A program made the translations under genes and the position numbers. Below are positions 1 through 10,801 of a stretch of DNA of 64,000 nt, one piece after another (within the stretch, counting starts at the first letter, position 1; the number at the start of each line of letters is the position of its first letter). Below the pieces are notes generated by a model. It was given only the letters and a program-made list of their open reading frames with translations. It had not been told where the DNA came from and ran no database searches. Where the stretch lies: contig BROI01000001.1 of NCBI GenBank assembly GCA_027923505.1, forward strand, positions 2,108,001 to 2,172,000, in the 5' to 3' direction. This DNA comes from Mayamaea pseudoterrestris. Its lineage: Eukaryota.

Positions 1-390
1 CGATCGATAGCGACTATGTGCATTCGTCGCCATGACTGTGGCAGAGTTTAAAAAGTCGTCAAACGCGTCGTTGACTGGTAAAGCTGCATCAGACTCCTGC
101 TGCTGCTTCAAATCCAACCGCTCCGTTCCTCCCTTCCAGCAATCATTCACAACGTCGTCCGGTAGTAACGCACTGCTCCGCCGCCGCACCATGTTTCGTC
201 CCTCATCGACGAACAAGACGCGAGGAACGTAAAGACTGTTGTGTAGAAGGTGCGAAAGGTTTACGTCGCAGTAAGCTTGATCATGGCTAGTCGAGGTGGC
301 CGCCAAGCCTTGGAGGTTGATTAAATGAGTCGTCAATTCGCACGCCTCGGCGCCGAGTGCAAGATGCAGAATCTGGCGGCGATTGGACAT
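1..390 (-). CDS. Misato/DML1-like tubulin-related protein, 5' part (runs off the window start)
   Basis: Not in the ORF track. Manual translation from ATG 390 is open to base 1: MSNRRQILHLALGAEACELTTHLINLQG...LYVPRVLFVDE. This resembles the Misato N-terminal pattern (REIxxLxLG...H.xNxQ...YxPRxLxxD). Confidence 0.55.
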   Translation of the reverse strand, partial: MSNRRQILHLALGAEACELTTHLINLQGLAATSTSHDQAYCDVNLSHLLHNSLYVPRVLFVDEGRNMVRRRSSALLPDDVVNDCWKGGTERLDLKQQQESDAALPVNDAFDDFLNSATVMATNAHSRYRS

Positions 391-857
391 GGTAAAGCAT
401 GCGTCAAATGCATATACTTAGGCTAGCAGGATCAATGCTGATACATGTTGACAAAGGACAAATCGAATGGTGTTGTGAAGAATGAGCGGCTCTGCGTGGC
501 AAGCAACTCCTCGCGCGGGCGATGAGCGCGTACCGGTACTCAGTCATTGCGGTGAAAACTGCAGTACGTCGTAGAGTACTGGCATTAGTCATTTTGCAGT
601 CATCAAACGCGCGAAATCGGAACCCATGCCGAACTCCAAGCACCAATCGCAAGCGCCCAAAAGTGCAGCGGTAGGAGTCGGTCGGGTGTGGCCATTCGCA
701 AATGCGGGCAATACCGCTTCACGATCACCGCGTCGCCTATCGCTTCGCTTGCAGGAGACAATAGTAGCGCTGCTACTTCCTCCGCAGACTCGCATCTTTA
801 GCGTGGACCTGAGTCAACGAGCCACTGTCAGAGCAACTACCGGTAGTGCAAGTGATT

Positions 858-2649
858 ATGGAAGCGCCAGTTTCGTTGAGTCCGGCAAGTCGCGTGACGC
901 AGCAATCCACTGCGCCGGAGGGAGAAGCGGAGCGTTTCACTGATGCAGGTCATGACACGAATAATGCATTGACCATGGCGCAGGAGGAAACGGTGCGTCG
1001 ATTCGCCGCCTTGCTCTCCAGCGACGGCAAACCCGCGCCGCTAAAGGACCTTTCGTCACTGCTGGCTTCGTCCGTGGCGGAGGATTCGGTCATTTTGACG
1101 CTGCCGCTGCTGGATCTGCGTTACGCGGAAACGGACAATAGTTCGAGTAGCAGCAGCAGTGCGTTACCAAAGATTGGAGAAAAGAAGGTGATTCATAATG
1201 CTCATTGCAATAGTAGCAGACCAAGCATGACAGCCTCCGTCTTGTCAGGAACAAACGTTGATGGTGCAGGGGGATCTCTGCAGGTGACAGACTCCACCAA
1301 GGCATCATTATCAGCTACTACAAGTCACACCAAATCCACCTCCTGGACCAAGTCCACGTTAGCGTACGCCTCCCACGCGCTCGCCACCAACGTGACGGAT
1401 TTCTTCTCCAACCTCATTGACTCGCGGGTCAAGGCCTGGACGCTGCTGTTGCTGCGGCATTCACTGTCGACGGGCGACACGGAGAGTCGGGCGCGCCTCC
1501 TGGGCATGCTGTCCACCTCCATTTTAGTGCAGCAGGCAACCACCAATCTAAAGACCTTGCCCATGCCGTCGTCGGCGGCGGGGCAGCGCAAGGAAGCCGA
1601 TGTCATTTTGCCGCTGCTGTTGGAAGTGTTTCTGCAATTGTCGATTCAGGACAAGCCGTCGACGATCAAGTTGCTGGCGCCGGGAACTATATCAGGTGCG
1701 TACTACTTGTGGTGTGTGGTATCTTTGATTTTTAACACTTTCGCTTACTACCTTCTTTACAATTGCAGCTGACTTTGAACAAGCCACATTGTCGCCAGGA
1801 GCACTCAAGAAAGTTGTTATCAATCTCGATACCGGCATTATGCTTAGTTGCATGATTGATCAGGCCAGGCTTATTGTCTTCAAGGCTGTCGCCAACGTCA
1901 CCAAAGCCAAGCTACCCTCGTCCATGTCAACCGTCGGGGTCGGATCAACGGAAGACCATGCAAACACGGACAGCAGTAGTAAGGAAAAGCCTGCAAAGCA
2001 AGGAAACTTGTTTCATCAAGCAGAGCCGTCACCAGCTCCCACAAGATTGACGACAGGCTTTAAAAGCTCTCTCGGCTTGTCCACCCTGCCAGTGGCAAGC
2101 GCAGCATCACCAACCTTGCAAAAGGCCAGGAACAGTGCTCTGCGCCTAAACTCCATCTTGCTCGGCAAGCCCGACAGTCAGAGCAAGCCCGCGCAGCTTG
2201 GCATGCGCAAAGGTCGGTCCGTGCAATGGGGCAGTCCTGCACAAATACCAACCATTGCAGCTCCTTTGGCAACCAAGAAACAACGAATGATTGAAAACGC
2301 CGCCAAACTGACCAGCATCAAGTCGTTTGGTCGTCCACACGGTGGGGACTTTGGTAGTGGGCCGCGCAACGCCACGTTTGGAGAGTACGGCCAAGGGGTG
2401 CGCATGTGGGGACGGGACGGACGCATGGCCCACCATCCGCTTCCCATGCAGTGCGCCGTCATGGATGATCAAGTTGGTTTGACTGGCATTGTGGAGCGGA
2501 ATGCAACGTTTGATTGCTCCTCCGCGAAAACTATACCGGCGATGGTTGCGCCAAGAATGGGAATGGGAACTGCGTCGGCGCTTCCAAGGACTGCGACTGG
2601 TCTTGAGAATTGGTTGTTAAAGACCTCCACCGCCAGTCACAAGTGTTAA
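858..2649 (+). CDS. Hypothetical protein, 2 exons (858-1695, 1769-2649)
   Basis: ORFs 846..1772 and 1789..2649 are joined in frame by a GT..AG intron at 1696-1768 (TCA G|CT GAC). Ser/Thr-rich, no recognised domain. Confidence 0.7.
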
Positions 2650-2921
2650 ACAAAAAGCGCACGTTCAAACTCTGATACCAATAAATAGGATGGTAATCTT
2701 GCATATTTACATATCGTCCTATTCGAAGAGTAGGTGGCACGACGCTGTGGTGCGTTTAAAGTCGCACCATTTGTTTGCTCAGCAACAGCTACGAGTAAGC
2801 ACGAGATAATTTGCTGCTTTGCGGACATGCACAGCTTAGGTGTTCAATACCAGCCGGTTCGAGCCCAACAACCTGAATATACTGTATACTCACGTCGTCT
2901 AGATATAAAGCAACAGTTTAT

Positions 2922-4304
2922 TTAACTGCTTACAGCTGTCTCTTCCTCCTCCGTACTTGCAATTGCCGACCAGCAAAAGCGATCCAGGATTCGCTGACAC
3001 AAATCCAAACTCTTGCCGTAAACTCCAATCGTCATCTTGGTAAAGCCCGACTTGAGCTCGACAAACGAGAACAAGACAACTTTGCTATTCTTGGCCTTGG
3101 CATTGTGACGAGAAACTTGCTCCAAGAGCTCCGAAGCCGTTCCTTCATAGCGGACCGAGTCCTTGCCATGTTTATATAAGCAATACTCCATCCCCAGCCA
3201 CTGCAGCATCATGACGGCTGGTAACGTCGCCGTCACGCGCGGATAAACATGTGTCAAGTATCCCTGCGTGTTCTTTTTGAACAAAACATCCATTCCGACA
3301 TTGCCCCAGTAACCCAGCGATCGACAATAGTGGACAACATCGCGACAGAATAAAAGCTGTAAATCTCTCAAATAATCTTGCGACGACAAAGTCAATATAG
3401 ATGTTTCACCTTGGCAGATCTCATTTGATCCCAACCAAATAACAGATCCATTGGGATGAATGAAAAAGTGTCCACTGACGGCAAGTTCCGCTTGGAAGTA
3501 TTCCGTGACAATGTAGCTTGACTGTCCACTATCCACCAAGTATTGCGCAAACTTTTCTTCATCCAGCGTCGACTTGATGACAAAGGTTCCCTTGTCATTC
3601 GATAGCGCATGCGTCACCTTGACGATGCAGGGGCGCTCCACCGTTGCGAGCAGTCGTGGTGTTCGTTTCGTTAGCAAATGCAAACTGTCAAGCCCCGACA
3701 AGTGGAAATGCATAAATGGATCATTGATATGCGTCGGAATGCTTTCGCAGGGTGCATAGGCATAGACGCGCGCGTTCACGTCAATCTCCGACACAAACTT
3801 GGGCTCGACAAAGACACTCGGCAAAACGTCCCTCCAATGTTCAAGCAAACCAGCTGGCGGCCGGCCATGCTGCAGGTACATGGGAAAGGCAGTTCCATGG
3901 ACAAGGGCGTACCGACAAGGACCAAGGACGGTACGTGCCAACGGTGTATCGGGTGGGTAGTCGCAAATCCGATAGACTTGATGGTTGAAAAACCGCGCCG
4001 TCCGACTAGCCGATGATGGACTCTCGTAGAGCGCCACAACGTTTGCCGTATCTTGCTGCAAATAATCTAGTCCCTCTAGAATCATGTTTGATACCAGCGT
4101 CTTTTTATCCCACGCCACGACCGAAAATCCGCTGTAGCGTTGCTGCGAATGAAAGGGCCGAGGCAGCGACACAAAATCCGAAAGGCTCGAAAGGGTGCTC
4201 GAGTGGCTGCTTTCGTCGTCGTTGGCGTCATCGTCAATGTCATCATTGCTTTCGCCTCCACTGCTTCCACCAATGTGAATGACCGTCGGTACCTTGACAG
4301 TCAT
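2922..4304 (-). CDS. ATP-grasp-fold-like protein, possibly catalytically degenerate
   Basis: Single ORF, ATG 4304. ATP-grasp-like motif order: PCIVK...KGTFVI, YIVTEY, GNVGMDVLF, xVxPR. Confidence 0.55.
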   Translation of the reverse strand: MTVKVPTVIHIGGSSGGESNDDIDDDANDDESSHSSTLSSLSDFVSLPRPFHSQQRYSGFSVVAWDKKTLVSNMILEGLDYLQQDTANVVALYESPSSASRTARFFNHQVYRICDYPPDTPLARTVLGPCRYALVHGTAFPMYLQHGRPPAGLLEHWRDVLPSVFVEPKFVSEIDVNARVYAYAPCESIPTHINDPFMHFHLSGLDSLHLLTKRTPRLLATVERPCIVKVTHALSNDKGTFVIKSTLDEEKFAQYLVDSGQSSYIVTEYFQAELAVSGHFFIHPNGSVIWLGSNEICQGETSILTLSSQDYLRDLQLLFCRDVVHYCRSLGYWGNVGMDVLFKKNTQGYLTHVYPRVTATLPAVMMLQWLGMEYCLYKHGKDSVRYEGTASELLEQVSRHNAKAKNSKVVLFSFVELKSGFTKMTIGVYGKSLDLCQRILDRFCWSAIASTEEEETAVSS

Positions 4305-4760
4305 TGTAGTCGGCGGCTCATAGAAATTGGAGTCAATAATAAAAAGAGCACCGTGGAAGGAACCAGCAAACAAATCGGAAGCTGCAAGTTGAATAAATCC
4401 TAGGGATGCGTACGCAGTCTACGAAAATTTCCTTTCTCCTCTCTGCTACTGCTTTGTGAAAGCTACTGAATTAGTAAAAGAGTAGCCATGTGCCGTCAAA
4501 GGTTAAAGAAGAATTGTGATGGTGGTTCCATCCCAGAGCTGAGCGAGAAGCGGCTCTCGTCCTTGTGAACGTGCGTGATGCGCGCATCAATGGCACGCTA
4601 CTCGCAAGCGGTCGAGAAAAGTCATTGTGCGTCACGTTTGAGTCACAAAACAGCTGACTGCAAGATCTCGTCGCGCAGACTTTGAATTCTGTGAACGATG
4701 TCGAGACGCCTGCGGGACCTGCTAGAGAGTTTGAGCAAGTCAAGGATATAGTGGTATACC

Positions 4761-5741
4761 ATGCCGTAAGTAAGCTGTGCAAGATTTATCGATTTTAGCG
4801 TCATGAGCTTGCTGCTCACGATATTCCTCTGCTCTCGCTTTGCATTGAGCAGCTCGTTCCTTCCTCATGTAAGTCGTGGTGTATGATACACATCAAATCA
4901 GTACATTAAATCTAGCCTCATTTGATCTTGCTCATTACTCGTTCACTGCTGGCAGGGATCTCTGACATTCGTGGCCCTCTTGTTCGCTGCCGCGGCCTAC
5001 GCGTTCTCACTCTTTGGTGCCTTTGGAAACAAAACGTTCAAGCTAGAGTTTGATGACACTCAAGATAACATTGCCAATGATCGTCTTGGTTCGATAGACT
5101 TTGGATATTTTGGTTACTGTGGAATCAACGGCTGTCAAAATTACAAGGATGGCGACGAGAGTTTCATCAAGAATTACGACAATGCAATCTTGCTGACAGG
5201 CGTCAGTGTCGCCCTCATCATTGCAGTGCTCGGAGGAGTCTTTTTGTTGTTTCTGCTGTTAACACTTTGCATTCGCATGACGCGATGGATTATGGTGACA
5301 ATGGGTCTCGTCTTTGGCGTATGCCTTTCGCTGCCGGCTCTGTCGTTGGTGATTTCCGGTGTTGGTTTCGGATCACCCGATTGCTTCAACAATTTTGACG
5401 ATGACAACTTTTTGACTGCAAACTTTACGTGGAACACGACAACGGATCAGTTTTATTATTGCCGTCCGGCGATTGGTAGCATCTTGGCGTTTATATCAGC
5501 GGTTCTGTGGATAATTACCTTGAGCATGCTATGTTGCTGCATGACGTCCGATCGTGAAGAGCAGTTGCAGCCGACGCATGACATGGAGCAGCCGTATGTA
5601 GTTGATGCTCAATCAGTGTATTCCCAGTCGCCTTCCAAGATTGGAGAGGCACAATCGAACTCTTGGGCACAGCCCCAGTATGCCGGCACTGCGACGACAG
5701 GGCTCGAGGAGGATCGTAAATCTGTCGGGTCGCCTCGATGA
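4761..5741 (+). CDS. Multi-pass (about 4 TM) membrane protein, claudin/tetraspan-like topology; 5' exon structure uncertain
   Basis: Main exon 4956-5741 has four hydrophobic segments, an FGYFGYC motif in the first loop and a CCC motif after the last TM. The start is either ATG 4803 (intron 4869-4955) or ATG 4761 with an extra intron 4766-4852. Confidence 0.6.
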
Positions 5742-5993
5742 GTTCGGCTAAAATTTTACGTCACCTCCATCCATGTAATAATAGTCTTGATAGTCAAACA
5801 AGCTGGAGCTTTTCAAACTGTATATATATATATCCTATCTACTGTTATATGCATCAGCTTCAACGAAATGTGTAGTTTAAGTGATATTGAGTAGCAGCGA
5901 TGCAAGTCGCATGTTGCAGATCACGCACCACCATGGATAAAAATAATACAAGGCAAAGCAAGTACATCATGGATTTCATTAACGTAATTATCT

Positions 5994-6859
5994 TTACGTC
6001 TCCATTGCTTCCATAGCCTCCTTTCCTTCCTCATCAGAATCGTGTGTCTCCTTTACCTCCAACTGATCCAAGTAAGGCTTCAGCTCATCACCTTCCAATA
6101 ACTCATATTCCTGTCCCACTCCAACAATCGCAATACTCGCATTCTCCGGCGTCAACTCATCGTCACCACTGACGCATCCGACCAGCGCTTGCAAGGCATG
6201 CACAATCAATTGTTCCTTGCTCGCCGACGCAAACCCATCAGCATGCTTCTCCAAATACGTCTTGGCACTTTGACTACGGGCTCCAATGGCCGACGCATAA
6301 AACTCGTACAAGTTTCCACTCGGACAAGTCTGATACAAGTGCGGCTGCGAATGGTACACGCTCGCTACCAGCAAGCCGACTCCAAAGGGACGTCGAACGT
6401 AGGTTTGCGTCGTGCGCTGATGCTTGTCCGCAAGGTCAGCCATGAGCTGATGCGGCGGAATGGGATTGCCGTAAACGTACTTGTGGTTGAGACATTCGCT
6501 GCGCATGTACTTGGCAAGTGTGCGAGCGTCAGCGGTGAGTCCAGCGATGCCGCAGCAAATGTGAGAGTCAATCTCGAGAATCTTCTTTTGGTGGCTTGAG
6601 AGTTCTGAAACGGACCGCTTGAGAGCACCAAGGACGCAGAACTTGTCACTGCGGATGCCGACGCAAGCAGATCCTTGCTTGACGGATTCAATGGCGTACT
6701 CGACCTGAGTAGACGAACGCAAGCGACGGAATGAGTGAGATACTTGTGCAAGTTCCGTCGCAAACCAACAATCTCACAATTTTATTGTCGGCTTACCTGC
6801 AAGAGGCGGCCTTCCGGGCTCCAGACTGTCACGTCGGTATCATATTGGTTGCGAAACAT
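5994..6859 (-). CDS. PSMA1: 20S proteasome subunit alpha type-1 (alpha6), exons 6859-6797 and 6704-5994
   Basis: MFRNQYDTDVTVWSPEGRLLQ|VEYAIESVKQGSACVG, plus YQTCPSGN and AIGARSQSAKTYLE. GT-AG intron 6705-6796. Confidence 0.95.
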
Positions 6860-7086
6860 TCTTTAAAAAGCTATGCAGTAAATGAACAAGACAATACTAC
6901 GCAGCGACTGCAAGCTCATGGTTGTGCGAGGCGGTCGACCATCGATGCTCAAAGATCTGTCGTATAGGGACTCAATTCTTTTTTGTCGTATCGTGAGTCA
7001 CCCAGCCGTTGACGACCTACCCGAGCGAGCCGACCCTCATTGCTTGCTCTGCACCTCTCGCCATTGCAAACCATTCTCTCATCACC

Positions 7087-7881
7087 ATGGCCACTTCCAG
7101 CGTTCCTTCCAAGCGCAACAATAACTTTGTCGCTGAATCCGACTATCTTGCAGCTCTCGCTGCCATTGACGCCCGATTTGATACCACAAGAATTCGGCCC
7201 GTTGTGGAGGATCCTCGCGTCGCCTGGGCCCTGATCAATGCGGCCAAGCAAAGTCTTCCGGCAAACCTGGCGCGGGTCGTTCAAGTTGTAAGCGATGAAG
7301 CCTACCATGTTTATAAACATCAAATGAGTGGGGGAAATAAATCGAGGGAAAATAGTATAGATAAAGAATTACCAGCAACTGATGCAGCAGCTTCACATGA
7401 CTTTCGGTTTGACGAATCCGAACTAATCGACCCCGATACTCTCACCAAAGTACAAGCACTACGCAAGCAAGTCCGAGAGCAGTCGGCCGCCGTAACAGTT
7501 TTGCGCGCGTCGGTCTTGGACCGCAGCGTCCGCTTGGCCGAGCGACAGGTTCACCTCTGGCAGCAGCAGTACCCAGTCGACACTTCAAGCAACGACGACG
7601 AATCAAAGTCGGAACATGTTGGCGACGCAGATACCGCAGTCTACCACGAGGCCGTTCAGGAAATGGCCTCCAATTTACAAACAATGCTTGTGGCGCTGGA
7701 GGAGACCATGGCGCACGTACCAAAGTCCATTGCGAGTCTGCAGGAGACAACCTTGGCCATTCAGCAAAACCAAAAGTTAGATGCCAAAGGAGCACTACAA
7801 CCAAAGGCGACGAACGTGCAAGAGGCTACTAACATTGACACTGATCCTGAGAGCATGTTTTTGAATGGATTGGTTCGTTAG
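7087..7881 (+). CDS. Coiled-coil hypothetical protein, possibly Nsl1/Mis14-like
   Basis: ATG 7087. The segment FDESELIDPDTLTKVQALRKQVREQSAAVTVLRASV is followed by a predicted coiled coil. Confidence 0.5.
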   Translation: MATSSVPSKRNNNFVAESDYLAALAAIDARFDTTRIRPVVEDPRVAWALINAAKQSLPANLARVVQVVSDEAYHVYKHQMSGGNKSRENSIDKELPATDAAASHDFRFDESELIDPDTLTKVQALRKQVREQSAAVTVLRASVLDRSVRLAERQVHLWQQQYPVDTSSNDDESKSEHVGDADTAVYHEAVQEMASNLQTMLVALEETMAHVPKSIASLQETTLAIQQNQKLDAKGALQPKATNVQEATNIDTDPESMFLNGLVR

Positions 7882-7942
7882 AAGGTAACGAGTAAAAGTA
7901 GAATGAAATGCATTATAAAGTAAAGGCTGTGAAATGAATTGA

Positions 7943-8812
7943 TCAATCTCTTCGTCTCGACGCACTAGCTGGTTGCTGCTCCTCATTTCGCTTTAGCAAA
8001 GGCATTGCAAAATCGTAGATTTTTTGCAGAATGCTCAAGACGATTGAAATGCTAACATGAAGCGTTGCGACAATGACTCGTTGCGAAAACGTCATGAATT
8101 TGCTCCACAAACCTGCTGCTGCATGTTGGCTTGTCCCATGCTTTGGTAGCTGGTCCTTTTCGCTCGTTCCCATGACTAGGAGCTGCGGCTTTCCGTGAAG
8201 AGGTTGCGAGTGACTCAAAAGCAATTCATTGATTTCTTCCTCGCTTCGATTCGTTGGAGACGGAAACAGCACCTTGCCCTTGTGCAAAATCTGTCGCAAT
8301 AAGAAGACAATGTTAATATGTGAAAGTCGGAACGAAATATCTACAGAAAGGTATCCTGCAAAACTTACTTTCATGTCTGCAGCATTCAAGCCCAAGGCTT
8401 GCGCTATCCTCGCTTGAACCGTCTTGGGAGCGCTCGCGCCGGACGACGACCCCATGTGCAACCAAGAACTCGCGTGACTATTAGGCTTTGCCCCCTCATC
8501 CGGTAGAGTCAGCTCGTACGTCAATCTTCCATGCTTTAACGTTACTGTTTGAGATGCAGGATCCAGGGCTGCCTCATCTCGCACCATGGCAATGGCAAGC
8601 TCGCACGTGGGACATGTGACGGCTCCATGCGAAGCATGACTTCGACAACGATCCAAGAGCTCTTCGAATGCAAGTCTGTGCCCGCAAGTTTGGCCGTCCT
8701 TGTCATATACAAGTGCAATATCGAAAGGAGACAGCATGGATAAGCTTTCAACCTGCTGCTGACTCTTGTCTTTGGCAGCCGCTGCTGCGGTGCTGGAAGC
8801 GACGGCGGCCAT
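7943..8812 (-). CDS. Hypothetical protein with N-terminal Cys/His cluster, ubiquitin-like domain and C-terminal hydrophobic segment; in-frame intron 8291-8368
   Basis: CGH...C...CPTC cluster. Splicing the 78-nt GTAAGT..CAG intron gives DMK|ILHKGKVL...LLVMGT, a UBL-like pattern. Confidence 0.55.
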   Translation of the reverse strand: MAAVASSTAAAAAKDKSQQQVESLSMLSPFDIALVYDKDGQTCGHRLAFEELLDRCRSHASHGAVTCPTCELAIAMVRDEAALDPASQTVTLKHGRLTYELTLPDEGAKPNSHASSWLHMGSSSGASAPKTVQARIAQALGLNAADMKVSFAGYLSVDISFRLSHINIVFLLRQILHKGKVLFPSPTNRSEEEINELLLSHSQPLHGKPQLLVMGTSEKDQLPKHGTSQHAAAGLWSKFMTFSQRVIVATLHVSISIVLSILQKIYDFAMPLLKRNEEQQPASASRRRD

Positions 8813-9013
8813 GGTGACAACGAAAGAGTGATGATGGCACGGATCTCGATCATGCTCTCAAGCGGGCGCGGTCTGCGAGCGCTCGCGAGTATTCACTCGC
8901 AGCGTCGGGATCAGAGCGCGTTTCGACTTGCGCACAATGCACATCCCGCCGAGACGTTCCATCACAGCTTGCCTCCTACTTTCAATTGAAACCCATAGTC
9001 TCAATCGGTAAAC

Positions 9014-10240
9014 ATGATGAGCGACGAGCATGGCGATTTCATGCACGTTGATGTTTCGCGCGCGTTCATTCGTGCCGCCTCGGTGCCAAGTGCAGCGGCG
9101 CAAGCCATGAAGGAGTTCAAAGCTGCCTTGAAGGAGGCCGCCATCAATCCCGACGCGTCAGACACCGTGGTCGAGTTTACTCTTGAAGGAAGCGCCTATA
9201 CGCAGGAAGAGTTGGCTGTTTGCGATGAGATTGCCAAGATTTTGCTCAAGCTCAAGCCCCGTCACGTCAAGAAATTGGTGTTCACCATGCGCCATGGACG
9301 CGACTTGCAGGCGGCGGAACGCATTGTGACTGGAGCCAACATTCGGAAAATTACCTTGCGGAGAGAGGACTATCCTCCAAACTCTTTCACCGTTGCCGCG
9401 ACTGAGGATGGACATGCCATGGACCGTATGCTCTCAAACAAGGCGGTCCAAAAGATTACCTTTCGCGGGCTCGTTTTTGCAGGCGACGTTTACAACGACG
9501 GATTGGCGGCAAGCTTGGTTCAATCAAGGGCACGCTTAACATTCGACGAGTGTGCCTTCTTGGGGGACGTGGATCCGTTTGTCAAAGCTCTTGCTGCGAA
9601 TACCAAGTTGACCGTTGCCAAGTTTACCGACATGCTGCTGATTCAAGAGGCCCACGACTTTACAATCAAACTTTTGCGTACCGCCTGGTCATCCAAGCTC
9701 CAGTGTTTGACGCTATGTGTACCTGCGTGGACGAAGGAGTTGGAACTTGCACTCGCTCAGTTTTTGGAAGCAAAGAATTGCATCAGTACCTTGTCGCTCA
9801 ATGTCCCGCGCAACATGATCCAGCACATGGAGCATCCCGGCCGGCTACTTTTGCAGTCCATCAAAAAGTCATTCGCGCGCACCACTCTCAAGCTCCATGA
9901 GCATCGCGATCCATTCCAGGGCCCCTACTTGATGGAGTTTGCCTCATTGTTTGGGCGGGAAACTGGATCTCTCGTTTACATTTACTTACGTCTCAACAAG
10001 GCGGGACGGCTTCGCAGCATTTGTAGTTCCAAGTGCTTGGTACGAATAGATAGCTTTGCCACTCTTGGCTCTGTCAGTTACGAGTTGGATTGCTTGTTTG
10101 TGCATTTGAAAGAGATACCCGGCTTCTTTGGAGCGAATGCCTTGCAGCCGCGCGCAGCAGCAACTGCTGCTCTCGGTAGCAAGCCGGCGCTGGCTGGCGA
10201 CCGAAAGCGGAAAGCAAGTAGCCTTTCAATGGAACCTTGA
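9014..10240 (+). CDS. Hypothetical RNI/LRR-like protein
   Basis: 408-aa single ORF with repeated LxxLxL-type segments (VKKLVF, IRKITL, LQCLTL, ISTLSL), YLRLNKAGR near the C-terminus and a basic RKRK tail. Confidence 0.6.
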   Translation: MMSDEHGDFMHVDVSRAFIRAASVPSAAAQAMKEFKAALKEAAINPDASDTVVEFTLEGSAYTQEELAVCDEIAKILLKLKPRHVKKLVFTMRHGRDLQAAERIVTGANIRKITLRREDYPPNSFTVAATEDGHAMDRMLSNKAVQKITFRGLVFAGDVYNDGLAASLVQSRARLTFDECAFLGDVDPFVKALAANTKLTVAKFTDMLLIQEAHDFTIKLLRTAWSSKLQCLTLCVPAWTKELELALAQFLEAKNCISTLSLNVPRNMIQHMEHPGRLLLQSIKKSFARTTLKLHEHRDPFQGPYLMEFASLFGRETGSLVYIYLRLNKAGRLRSICSSKCLVRIDSFATLGSVSYELDCLFVHLKEIPGFFGANALQPRAAATAALGSKPALAGDRKRKASSLSMEP

Positions 10241-10801
10241 GCAATGTGAAGAACTTTGTTTGAGGATTAGGAGGAGAATAATGAGTCCATGATTCGGTCG
10301 TTGCCAGTTGCATAAGAGGGAGCTGCGATACATTATAATATGCACGAAAGACACTACATAATACACAGTTAGCTAGTGTTTTGTGAGAGCTCGCTAATTT
10401 ATGCAGGGAGGCAGAGTCAGGAAGTAGATATATTAGCGTCGTCAACGTACATTGCATGTCCGCTAGTTGCGTAGTGCAAACTGACAACTACCAACACCTT
10501 CCACCCACTTCCAGAGGCGTACATTGATCCCGAGCAAAGAGACTAAAGGATTGCCGGTGCGTGTGAATCTTCCACCACCTTTCAAAGGCGTACATGCACT
10601 CCCGAGTAAAGAGCCACATGATTGGCGTTGCTTGCGTATACGACGCAAAAACTTGATCGGCGTCGGCCGCCGTCGACAAAGGTTGCCGCAAAACGCGTTT
10701 ACCGCAATCAGCCCATGCGAGTTGGTCGCGCTCTATGAGCACCATTCTTCCGCACAAACATCACTCATCTAGTGACCCTCCTCGGACAAACAAAAGAGAT
10801 T

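Noticed and set aside
5820..5832. (TA)n microsatellite
   Set aside because: Only about 6 units in an intergenic/3' region; unremarkable.
10488..10757. ORF starting MCGR (SRAP/HMCES- or Ntn-like)
   Set aside because: Only 89 aa, no further family motifs, and it lies in the 3' region of the neighbouring gene.
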